Part shown: one piece after another, positions 25,901-38,484 of the stretch
Layout of the letters: each line of letters opens with the position of its first letter
Position numbering within the stretch: the first letter of the stretch is position 1
Source of the DNA: the human T2T-CHM13v2.0 reference genome, Homo sapiens
DNA length: 64,000 nucleotides
Direction: 5' to 3' (one strand)
Assembly: GCF_009914755.1 (NCBI RefSeq)
Contig: NC_060927.1
The notes under the pieces: model-generated
What the model was told of the DNA's origin: nothing
The model's input: only the letters and a program-made list of their open reading frames with translations
Databases searched by the model: none
Program-made: the position numbers and the translations under genes

Positions 25901-28900
25901 GTGCCGTCCCAGAGCTGGTGGTGTGCGAGGGTGCATAAGCATCGCTTCTGCTTCCCAGTGGCTGGCAGGGCCACCCATGGGGCACTCACGGAGAGCCCTA
26001 AGCCAGTCAGGCCTAAGCCAGGGCACGGGCCCGTCAACACCATTGATAAGGTGGAGGCAGCAGTGGCTTCCCCATGCCGTCCTGTGTGTGCTCGGGCTCA
26101 TGGCCAGCCTGGCAGGGGCAGCCTTGTGAGTATCCACACCGGGCAGTCGCCTTCCCCCACAGGCACATGGGGCCTGTGGTCCCAACCACAGCAGAGACCA
26201 CGATGTAGGAGGTGCTGGCAGCGTGCAGTGGGTATGGAGGCTGGAACAACCCAGGGGACTGGGTGGTCTGCTGGAAGGGTGTTCTGGGGACAAGGAACAG
26301 GAGGGCCAAAGCTCAGAGGTGCCCCCCGTGGATGCTGGGAAGCGTACTGTGCCTTTTGGGGTTTCAGGGGCTGCCTCGGGCACACTATGCTTGTGTGGTG
26401 GGTCACTTCACCAGAGAAGGTGGCTGGACCAGCTGGATGGGGGGTAGGTGCTGATGTGGGTCTTTGAGGGCCCAGGGCCATGGGGTGGCACTAGGGTCAG
26501 AGCTGGAGGTGGCATTGAGGTCACAGGATGGAGGAGAGAGGGCACCAGGCAGCTGGTGGGTTTGAGGGAAGACACTGGGGCAGATGGTCCCTGCTGCCTG
26601 TGTCCCCACAGGACCCGTGCTGGTGACAGCCTGGCTGTGGCGGAGACTCTGGCCAAGCCCCAGGTTAGCCCGGAGCCCAGGCAGTGGTATGTGACTGAGG
26701 TGGTGCAGTCTATGGTGGTTCACGGTGGCCCCACCAGGTGTGGCCTCACCAGCTGGGTGCTAGGTTCCCCAGGCAGCTGTGCACATCTGCCCCACAGCAG
26801 GGCCAAGCACTTCCCCTTTGGAACCATGAACTCCTGAATTCTCACACAGCTCTGTGAGGTGGATGTTGGCAGATGAGACCAGGGGTTGGGGAGGTCCACT
26901 CCTTGCTGAGGGGTTGCTGCTGGGGCAGGCTGGAGCCTGTCTAAGGCAGCCCTGGCTGTCCTTCACCTGCCAGGACCCTGACCTCAGTCTCTGCTCTCCC
27001 TGTGTGCTGGGGGTTGGGGGTGGAAGAGATGGGATTCCTAGGACACTCTCTCCCCCGACAGGTGTGTCTGGCCTGATTCCAGCCCTCGGGCTTCCTGCAA
27101 ATCCTGTTTTAATTACCCAATTACTGCCAAGAGGAAATTGCTAATTGCTTTTCCAGTATCAAGTTCCTCCTGGCCTTTCTGAGAGTGGTGGGGACCCAGG
27201 AAGGAGGCCTAGAACCTGTCCACAGCTGGAGGAGGGGGCAGTCCTGTGAGGGGTGAGGAGGGTCTGGGAGTGGGTCCGCTGGGGCCTACCTCAGCTGTGC
27301 GGTTCTGGCTGGGAAGGGGAGGGGCAGGTGGGCTCTGCACCCTGTGGGGGTCCTGAGAAGAGAGGGCAGCAGAGGTTCCTGCCCCTCGGGCAGCCCTTCC
27401 TGGGGCCACCTCAGGCTGGGGACGGGTTTGGCAGCTGCCTCTGCAGAAAGGCTGAGAAGTGTGTGAGGCCTCCACGTGTGGGCACCTCCTTAGCTGCTGC
27501 CCCGGTCTTTGCCTGTCCCCACCTTGTCCTGTCCTTCTCCCAGCCCTGGGGCCCGGAGGCAGCTCCACAGGTGCATCCCCGCCTCACAGAAAGAGGGAGG
27601 GCCAGGCCCCTGGCTGCCATCATGGGGCAGGCAGAGTTGGGCAACTCCCCTTGCCAGGTCAGGGCCAAGCCGGGCAGCCCCCTGCCTCCCGGCGGCTGGG
27701 GCGCGTGCCGGTCCTGGCACATAGCCTGGGTGGCCCAGACATCCTCCCGGCACCCCCGCCTGCCCTCAGCCCGGAGAATGGGCCCTTTGTTGGCTCTGGG
27801 CGGGATGGACAGCTGACCTGGCCGGGCCCTCAGCTGCCCGCCGGCAGCAGTTGGCCAGGGCTGTGGCGGTGATGGGAGTGGGTACAGCCAGCAGGGCCAG
27901 CCTGGGGCCTGCATTGAGCCCTGCCTGCTGTGTCCTGGGGGCAAAGGGGTGAACCTGCTCCCTGGCCTATCTGTGGGGAGGGTCAGATGAGCCCTGTGGT
28001 GGTGGGAGGTGCTCAGTCCAGGAGTGAGGGCCATGCCTGGCGTGGCCTGGGCACTGAGAGGCCTCGGGACTGCACTTCGGTCTCGGCTCCGAGCCCAGGG
28101 TCGACTCGCCCGTGTGCATGTAGGACAGGTACCCCAGGGTTAGATGGTCCAGGCAGAAGCAGGTGGGGGCATCCCGTGTTCCGCCAGCCAGGGGTGGGTG
28201 GGGGCCTGGTGCAGCCAAGGGGCATATCCAGGGAGGCTGCTGGCTCTGCTGAAGCCCCTTGGGTCAAGGGGAGGGTCCTCTCAAGCAGGGGGCGGCATGC
28301 ATGGGCAGCGCCAGCTCCTGGTTTGTGCTGGGAGGTGGGAGGGTGGGCTGTTGGGGCCAGTTGTGGAAGGTTCTGGTGGTCTTTGGGGAAAGATTTGCAG
28401 AGCAAGGAGGTGACAGCTGGGGGAAGATTCCAGGGCATGCCTGTGGCCCGTTCCCATGCCCGGGACACGTCAAGCCTCTCATTTGCTCTGCCAGCTGCCC
28501 AGCTGCTGTGGGAGGGGCTTCTGGGCCCAGCCACCTCGAGGGTGGGCTGCCTCCAGGCGGGTGGCCCGAAAGTGGACAGCTGTGGCCAGGGTGTGGGCGT
28601 CGGCACGTGGGCTCCCGGCCGGCGTGTGCCCTTCTGTCCTGCCACCCGCTCTGGCCCCAGGTTCACCTGCCGTCTGTGCCCCTGTGCTCTGGTTCTCCTG
28701 GAATACCCTCCTGCTGGGTACTGGCTCCCCCTTCCCACTTTACGAGCAGCCTCTGTACTCCTCCCAGGTGCAGTTGCGGGTCCAGGGCCCAAGGTTCCTC
28801 TGGCAGGTGCTGTGTGAGTCTCAGCTTACCTCCTGTCTGTGTGGTTTGATAAAGCTGGCTTGGCTGCACAGGCCCTTCACCCTGAACTCTGGCTAGGACA

Positions 28901-31320
28901 CAGACACATGTCCTGGGGACCATTGTCCTAGCTGGATGCCCTGTAGAACATGTGTGGGTGCACAGGGGCCCTGCTGAGTCTGGACCGTGGCGCCTCAGTG
29001 AACAGTGTGGGGCCTGCACCTGCGTCACATCCATCCTCTGGTCTGGTGTGCTGTGCCGTAGTGGCCTCCCCAGTGCCCCGCTCACACTGGCCATGCCATG
29101 GCCTCTCCTGGGGCTCTGTCTCCCTGGGCCCAGCCTGTGTGTGTGAAGGGGTGGAGGTGGCAGGTGGGTGGACAGATGGGTACATGGCGGATGGACAGCT
29201 GGACGCGTGTGCTCCCGGCTGCAGCTGTCAGAGCCAACTGTCCAGTCGGCATGCTGCTGGGTGGAGCGGGGCGTTCTGGAGCCTGGGGCCCAGCTCCAGA
29301 AGAAGCTCCTATGGCTTCTTCCCTTCCTGGGACCCCTCCTTGCACCCCTCACCCACCGTTCCTTTCCTTGGAGCTGGTGTGCCCCCTGGACCTGCCCTTC
29401 TGTGACCCGTTTCTTCACCCCTTGGTGTGACATTTGTGCCCCCAACCCTGAGTGGGTGGATGCCTTGCAGGCCGGGCCAGGGTCAGGCTCCGGCATCATG
29501 TGGCCCTGGCTGTTGGGGAGGTGGGTCATGTCCTTGTTGAGACACCTCTCAAGTGCTCCCTGCATGCCGGGCCAGGGTCCATCAGCTCAGGCTGAAGGGG
29601 CTCTGCTACCAGGGGCAAGAGGGGCCAGGGGCCATATCCCCTGGTGCTGGTAGGGGAGGGGGAGCTGGGGCTGGGCTTCACAGCGGGAAGCCGCTGGGGA
29701 TATCCACAGGACTGTGAGGATGGAGGAGATGAGAGGAATCGTGGTCCCTAACCGGGGTCTTCCAGGTTGGAGCCGCAGGTCTGCGCACTGGGCATACCTG
29801 CCCCAGCCTCCACCCAGTCTGTGTCCTGCCCTCCTCGCCTTCCTTCCCCCACTCCCTGGTGGCTGTCTTAAGCCGCTGGCTTGGATGTGTGGTTGGCTGC
29901 GCAGGTGCGGTGATTGCTGTGGGCCTGGCCACCCTGGGTCCCCCTGCTCCCGCCTGGCACACCTGGCCTGGTTCTCATATAATCCTCAGAACAACTCTGT
30001 CTGAGGGAGGCAGAGAGAGGTTTGGACCCAGGCACTGTGGCCCAGAGGCTGGTCCTGGCTGGCATCCGCCTGGGTCTGAGTACCTGCCTCTGGCCACTGA
30101 CCCAGAGCAAAGCAGGGGGTTTGTGGTGCTGGCATCCTAAGCGTCCGTCGGGCAGGCCTTGGGCCAGTGGTCATCTTAAACAAGGACTCCTACTCCTGCT
30201 GTGGCTGCAGGGCAGGCAGGCACGGGTGCACTTGGTGCGGGTGTGGGTGCAGTCCAGGCCCCACCGGCAGGGGTGCTGGGCGGCCGTGGCCTGGTTGCTC
30301 CTGGGCCGCCCGCTGTCCCTGCATCTCTCCTCCCAGAGGCCGTGGGCCATGGCCCTGCAGCCAGTGCAGCTGGGCCCATCCTGGCCGCCTCTTCCCCTGC
30401 CCAGCTTTGGGCTCCACTCTTCCGGGTCTGGTTTGACTTAAGCCTGCTTGGTGGCGAGGCAGCTGAGCGGATGTGGGGGGTGGCCGGCGGCGCTCAGGAA
30501 TGCGGCCCTCCCCCTCTCCCAGCCGACAGCCTCTTTGGCTCAGAAACACAGCGCCCCACCCTGGCTGGCCGCCCTCAGCCCAGGCCTGATGGATCGGACT
30601 CCAACCAGGGCTTTCGCTGGGCCCTGCTGCCCTGGACCTGCCCTGCTCTGTAACCGTGAGGAGTGAGGACACAGAGGAGGGGTACTGAGTCTGGGCCTAG
30701 GCCCCTGCCCTGAGGTGGAAGTGGAGAGGTAGAGCGGGAGCAGGAGTGGGTCAGGCTGGGGGAAGCAGGCCACAGCCCGCAGCCTGAGAGCCTACCCTGG
30801 ACTCAGAGCTGGGCAGACACGCCCCAAGAGTCCCATCTCTGGAAAGCCCCGTGGGTCTCTCTGTTAATTAAATACATTTGTTTGGTAAAAGCAACTAAAA
30901 ATACTTGCAGCATCGTGAGCTGCGGAGAAGAGCTGGCTAATTAACGCCTGGTTTGTTTGGGATCTGGAATACATTTCCATGCCGATGAGACGCCCACCCT
31001 CCTCCACTGCCTTGCCAGGATGCCCCCACCCCTAGGACACCCCATTCTGGAGTCTCCTGGTCCACTGCCCTAGACTTCCTGTGAGCCCTGGCCTCTGCCC
31101 CCGACAACCAACATCCCTCCTTCAAAAGCCCAGCCTGGCCCCAGGGATGGCTAGGCACCCGTGGGACTCCTGTAGCCTTCACCCTGGGTGTGGCCATGCT
31201 GCTCCGTGGTGGGTGCTGGGCTGTGGTTGTCTCCAGGCCCCAATACCTTCTGGCCTCTGCTGACTGTTAAAGGGGCTGAATCACAGACTGGCCTGTTGGG
31301 GTCTGAGTTTGCCCTGCACT

Positions 31321-31354
31321 GGGGCTGGGGCTGGGGCTGGGGCTGGGGCTGGGG
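31321..31354 (+). repeat. (GGGGCT)5GGGG hexamer repeat
   Basis: Read directly; six G4 runs. Confidence 0.9.
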
Positions 31355-31509
31355 ATGTGGAGAGTGAGTATGGCTGGCGCTGGTCCTCTCTGCTCATGCA
31401 TGTCTGGGCAGCTCAGGGAGGGGCTTTAGACCCCTGACCTTCTGTGGGGGGTGGGGCTGGGTCAGGGAGGTATCAGCACAGCTCCAGTTAGGGCCCCTTG
31501 CTGCCGCAG

Positions 31510-31650
31510 ATCCTGGTGGACCTCTCAAACCCCGGTGGCCGGCCTGCCCTGGCCTACGAGAGCGTCGTGGCCCAGGAGGGCAGCCCCATCCTGCGAGACC
31601 TCGTCCTCAGCCCCAACCACCAGTACCTCTACGCCATGACCGAGAAGCAG
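31510..31650 (+). CDS. PLXNA1: PLXNA1 exon 4 (Sema end)
   Basis: cag|[10 protein letters not shown]...YAMTEKQ|gtgggt; 141 nt. Confidence 0.96.
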
Positions 31651-32718
31651 GTGGGTGCTGCACCAGTCAGACGGTGTGGCTGAAGGTGGGGGCCCTCCTA
31701 CCAGGAACCCCAGTCACAGAGCAGTAGGGGTGGGGCCACATCACAAGTTGGGCGTCCATGGCTCCTGGTAAAAGTAGTTTCAAGCTGGTCTGTGCTCTGC
31801 CTCCCTGCAGACTTGTGGGCTCGGCTGGGTCTGCAGGGGAACCGGTCTGGTCACCAGGGGCCCCACAGCCTCATTGCTGCCTCCATGTTCTCCTGGGCTG
31901 GGTTTGGCATTCCCACCCCTCCCCTGTTGACTTCCTGACCACAGAAACAGATGTATGAAGGAGAGCAATTTCAGAGGCAGGTGTCACTGGAGGGTTTGGG
32001 GTGTGTACTGGGCCACTGAGTCCTCAGGCCTAGGGCTGGGTCTCTGTCCAGTGGGTCTGCCCACAGGGCCTGTGGCTGGCCTGGTCTACCCAACCTGGTG
32101 CCTGGCCCAGCTCTGTAAGGCCATGGAGTTGAGTCCCTGGCCTGGCTTGCCTGGAGTCCACCCCTGCCCTATGGCCCAACCTGGTAACCTCGTGGCAGCT
32201 GGAGGGTGGGCAGATGGGGCAGGTGGGGCCAGGTTGGGCACACCAGCTGAGGCCAAGCCTCCCTCCCCTTCTGGCTGGCTCGTTTTTCCTCTGCCCCTCC
32301 TGGGCGCAGTGGGGTTCTGCCTTCCTGGGGACCTCAGGGACGTGCCTCCGTGGGCACTGGGATGCTGGGCTGAGCCAAGGAGCCAGAGTGAGCTGGGGCC
32401 CAGCCTGCCCCTCTGAGCATTGTCTGGGCCTGCATTGGAGCTTAGGATTGGGACCTGCCAAGCCCATTGATCGCTGGGGAAGCTCAGAGCTGGGAGGGAG
32501 TCCAGACAGATGGAGAGGAACTCTGGTTGAAGCTGCAGGTGCTTCTTTGATTGTCTCACCCCATATGGACTGTTCTCTCTGGCTGCTGCCCCCTGGGTTT
32601 CCAGGGCAGAGGCCTGACCTGTGCGACCTGGCTTGGCCAGGGCAGGGTCACCAGATCTGCCTTTGAATAGACTGAGAACAAGTGCAGGGCCTCCCCGGGC
32701 CTAAGGAGAGCAGAGTAG

Positions 32719-32892
<174 letters not shown>

Positions 32893-33064
32893 TGAGTCTG
32901 GGCAGGTGGGCAGGGGCAGGCGGGGAGGGCCATGGTGGTCTCACAGTGGGGGAGGGGGAGCCTGGTGCAGGGCAAGCCACCCCGAGTTCTCTGCCCAGGT
33001 CCCGCCTGGCAGGCGGGCCCCGTAGGTCTCCCCATCCGCCCAGCCTCAACCCCTCTGCCTGCAG

Positions 33065-33188
33065 CTGCTCGCGGCGGGACGCCTGTGAGCGAGCAGACGA
33101 GCCCCAGCGCTTTGCTGCGGACCTGCTGCAGTGTGTGCAGCTGACTGTGCAGCCCCGCAATGTGTCTGTCACCATGTCCCAGGTCCCA
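33065..33188 (+). CDS. PLXNA1: PLXNA1 exon 6 (PSI1/IPT1)
   Basis: cag|[10 protein letters not shown]...TMSQVP|gtaagt; 124 nt. Confidence 0.95.
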
Positions 33189-33269
33189 GTAAGTGTGGCA
33201 CCCCAGGTGGTAAGGGGTGGGGGACAGCCATGGGGACCCTGCTCACCATGCCTCCTGCTGCCTGCCCAG

Positions 33270-33423
33270 CTTGTGCTGCAGGCCTGGAACGTGCCTGACC
33301 TCTCAGCTGGCGTCAACTGCTCCTTCGAGGACTTCACGGAATCTGAGAGCGTCCTGGAGGATGGCCGGATCCACTGCCGCTCACCCTCCGCCCGGGAGGT
33401 GGCGCCCATCACGCGGGGCCAGG
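33270..33423 (+). CDS. PLXNA1: PLXNA1 exon 7 (IPT1)
   Basis: cag|[19 protein letters not shown]...ITRGQ|gtgagt; 154 nt. Confidence 0.95.
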
Positions 33424-34236
33424 GTGAGTGGCCCCAACACAATGGTGCCCGCTGCCTGGCCAGGTCCAGGGCTGCAATCCAGTTGCCGCCTGTTTAGCGC
33501 CTCCCTTGTTCAGTTCCAAGGGCATGTTGGTGACACTCTGACAGCTGATATGGGTGGGGGTCTCACCACCTGCTGGTCTGGGAGTGGAGAAAACCCTCCA
33601 GGCATGTAGCCAGAGTGAGAGCCTTCCTGCCAGGGAGGTGGACAGCGGATACATCCTTCTTAGGATTTATCTTATGGGCTCACCATACATTTACAGTAGG
33701 AATAGCCATAGACACATGAGCATACTTCACCTCCGCTACCATAATTATTGCCATCCCTACTGGCATTAAGGTCTTTAGGTGTCCCATGGTGACCCAGAGG
33801 GTGGAAGAGCAGGGCAGGGTAGGTGGGATGAAGGGACCACATGGCGGAGACCTGGGGTCTTGCGGGGGGCTGCAGGCTGAAGGTGGGAGTGGGTGAGGGG
33901 TGGGCTATGTGGGGCGCAGGTTGGGTGGGGGACAGTCTCATGGGGACTTGGGGTGCAGGACCCCTCTGGCTGCCACAGCCCGTTGGACAGTCGCTCTGCA
34001 GGCCCTTCCACAGGAGCAGGCAGCCTGGGGGCCTGGGGAGAGTCTCGCGGTTCTCAACCCCTCACACTGAGCAGGAGGCAAGCAGGGCAGATCCCAGGCC
34101 CTGGTCACCTGGGGGCTGAGGGGGCTGGATGCGTGTTTGATGCGACTGATGGTGGCAGCTAGGAGGGTCTCCGGGCAAGTTGTTCCCCTGTCTGGACTTG
34201 CCCTGTGTGGGAGTCCTCGGCAAGCAGTCCTGGTGA

Positions 34237-34359
<123 letters not shown>

Positions 34360-35537
34360 TGAGTGTCTCTAGGCCCCTCCGCCCGCCTGGGCCTGGGCTA
34401 CTTGCCCCACTCCCGTCCCTGTGGTCCCACTGTGCTTGCTGTCTGCAGACCTGTCCTCATGTGGCCAGGCAGCAGATGGTGATTCCATGATTGGGGCTCC
34501 TGAGGCTGGGCGGTCAGGGAGGGAGGAGAGGCCACTGTGAGAGCAGCTTGCAGGTAGAGGAGCCAGCCAGGGCAAGGCCATGAGTGCAGAGGGTGCCTGA
34601 GGCTGGGGCAGGCGTACCAGGAAGCAGCAGTCAGAGTGGGCGGCAGTGCCTGCCCCACAGGGATCTTGTAGGGCCCCAGGTGGCTGTGTATGGCTGCAAG
34701 GGCACATTGTGCAATGTTGCCACCGTGATATGGACAGTGGCCCATGGGCACTGGCATGGAGGGGAGGCGCTCAGGGAGGAGCTGCGGGCTGGTTTGGGGG
34801 CCTGAGCAGGGGCCCAGACACGGCCCCTGGGTACCTGCTGCTTCTGGTTGTGGCAGGCTACTGTTGGACGATGCAGCATCCAGGTCCCCTCTGGTTGGTG
34901 CTGGCCCCTGTGCACGCCCCCTGCTTGGGCAGGGAGTGTGTCTAGGAGGCAGCTGCTATGCCTGCTGCCCATTTTGGCTGTGAGCACCCCCAGCCTCAGA
35001 GGAAGGATGGGAGGATCTGGGGGCCTCCTGTGAGTCCCACTGTGAGCCCAGAGGAGAGCCCTCACTCCTTCCCTGAACCAGAGGACCCAGGCTGAGGCAG
35101 TAGGGTTTGGCCTCAGAGACAGGAGGTGCGTGGCTTTTCAGGTATGCTTTTGTTTGTTGACTGACTCACAGATGGACTCTGTCACAGCTCTTTGTGGAGC
35201 AACTGCCGTGAGCCAAGCAGGCTTTTTATTTCCAGGATGCAGCATCTCCCGTCCCAGGTGGGGTGGGGGATCTCTGGGGCAGAGGCCTGGAGGGGGCCGA
35301 GGGCTACAGGAGAAGCAGGGTGGTGGGGGAGCTGGCGGGTCAGGAGATCCTGGAGAGGAGATGGAGGTGGTGTCTTCCTGGAGGCTGTTGAGATGGCAAG
35401 GTGCCAGCCCTGTGCAAGGCTGAGTTGTGGGCAGAGCGCCTACAGTGGCCAGCCTGGCAGACCCTGGGGTGTGTCAGAGGGAAACAGACAAGCTCCTGCC
35501 CCAGCGATCCTGCTTTCTGCAGGGAGGTGATGTGCAT

Positions 35538-36147
<610 letters not shown>

Positions 36148-38308
36148 TGAGACATCCCATCTGGGTGTCGCCTGAGGCCTGGCCCAGGGAGCACCTGTGG
36201 ATGTCTGGGATGTCACCGTGTGGTGCATGCACCACCAGGCTGGGTCAGTGAGGTGACCCTGGATGCCAGCTGGGAGGCCTGTGGGGTCACTGTCTTGGCC
36301 TGAAGTCAGGCCTGTGGTATTTGTTGGTGACCCCTGGGTGTCCTTCGTGACACTCAGGGAGGGGGAAAAGCCTCAGATGAGTTCTGTCCCTGGGCCTCTG
36401 TGTGGGGGCTGCAGACACGGGCTCCTGGGTGCAATTGGGGGCACTGTCAGGCTGCAAAGCAGGTGCGGGCAGAGCCTGGAGTGCGGGTGCCTGGCTGGGC
36501 AGGCACAGAGGCCTCCATGTTGGGCAGGGGAGCTTGCCGGCCTAGCGTGCCTGAAGGCTGGTGGGTTCTGGAGTCGCCAGGCGCTGAGTGGTAATTGCTA
36601 GTAATTAAGTAGTAATTATTCTGGGCTGGGCAAGGCACTAGCTTTATGAACAGCGGGCTGTTCCTTCTGGAACATGAGGCGCTTAGTAGCAGGACAGGGC
36701 AGGACCCAGGGCCCACAGGTGCTGAGTGGCAAAGCTGAGGCCGGAGCTGTGGCAGCCCCCACCCCCATCCCCACCGGGTCTGGCTGTGGGTGTGGAGCCG
36801 GGACTTGCAGCCAGGTCCCTTTCCTTTGCTGTGGACACTCCGCCTGTTGGCTGGAGGGGGCAGGTTCTGCTTGCCAGGGAGACCTTGGAGGCTGCAGCTG
36901 GGCTGCACTTCCCTGCCAGGCTGGGGGCTGGGGGCTGAGGAAGTTGCATGGTGGCCCTCTCTCCTCTGGGTCCCTTCTCACAGAGGTCCCCTGGCCCCCA
37001 GCGTCACCCTCTGGACTGGACTTTTCTGCTCCCTGGCATGACATCAGGGCACAGGACAGCGGTGGAGGGTAGCCCGGGGCAGCAGGGACCACAGTGCCTG
37101 TGTCAGGGTGACTGCCTATAACAGTGGGTATGCAGGAGCCAGGGACACAGTGGGGCGCTTCTCTGGGGGTGCGGCCTGCCTGAAGAGCCAGGCCAAGGTG
37201 TCCTGGGTGTGGGCAGAGCCCACGGTGGAATCTGAGGCGAGAGCTGGTCCTGGGGGCCTCTCGGGCCAGGGAGAGCTGGGCATGAAGTCACTGTGGGGAT
37301 GATGTGCAGATGCAGTGGCTTTGGCGCTGTGCGCAGCCCAGGGTTCGAGCAGTGGGGGGCAGCACAGTGGTCGTCAGGGGTGGTAGCAGGGCCCTGGGCA
37401 GCTTGGGATGGTTTTGGGGCTGAGATAGCCCAATTCCTCAGTGGCAGCCTTCCCTGAGCCCTCCCCATCCATGCCATGAACTTCGAGGCACCCTTGGGGA
37501 GTGGAGGAAGTGGCCCCTGGAGTAGTGGCCCTAGGCCTCAGGGTTGGGGAGGCAGAGCAGGCAGGGCTGGGCTGGGGGCACGTGTGGGGTCGCAGGACTA
37601 TGTGGGGAGTGGATTCTCTCCACAAATACTTACTCTTTTTTTTAGCTTGAGTCCCAGATTTTTATGGAGCCATTCCTAAGGGGTGTGACGTGAGTCCTCC
37701 GGGACTCAGGGAACAATGGCCAGTGGCAGTCCCCCCCCAACCCCCCCACAAGCCCTCTTTCCGTCTCTGTTTCTGGTGGGTTCCTCGGGCCACCCCCTGA
37801 GACAGGAGTGTACTACATTCAGCTTCCTGCTGAGACAGCCGGGCCTAACCCCCAAGGCCACCATCCGCCCCCTGCCCCCATGCTGGGAGGGGGTCTCTGT
37901 GGCCCCTTCTTGTGCCTGCCTGCATGCTGGGGTCTGTGTGTTTTGTCTGAAGGCGGAGTGGCCTGTGCATGTTGATGGGAAGGGCCGCCAGACTGGGGCC
38001 ATGGAGGCAGCTGGTGCTGTGTGCCAGGGCCTAAGGGCTCCCACGTGGAGCCCCCACCGAAGCTGAGCTCATGAGACACGCTGAGAAGTCGGGACTTTCT
38101 CTTAGAAATGCCTGTTTCTGGACTCTGCAGAAAGGGAGGAGTGTGGTTCGTGTCTTCACATAACAGTTGCATGCCCCGCCAGTCAGCTCCCAGATCTGAG
38201 CAAGTCTATAGACTCCTTGCTTGAAGGAGAGGCTGGGGTCCCTTGAGGAAGGAGCCTTGTGCGCTGGCAAAATGCACCCTGTTAATCTTCCCCCAGCGTT
38301 TCCCAGAG

Positions 38309-38484
38309 GGACCTCCAGCCTTTTACCAGGGAGACTATGCACTGGGGAGAAGGTTGTAATCGGAGCCTTTGGGGACAACCGGACCTGGCTCTGAAGAAGG
38401 ACCTCCAGCCTTTTACCGGGGAGACTATGCACTGGGGAAGAGGCTGTAATCAGAGCCTTTGGGGACAACTGGACCTGGCTCTGA
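38309..38484 (+). repeat. 90-bp-period tandem duplication (2 copies)
   Basis: ggacctccagccttttacc...ggacctggctctga starts at 38309 and at 38399; about 6 mismatches over 86 aligned nt. Confidence 0.92.

Noticed and set aside
38309-38484. CRISPR-like repeat array
   Set aside because: Eukaryotic intron, only two long units, no unique spacers and no cas genes.
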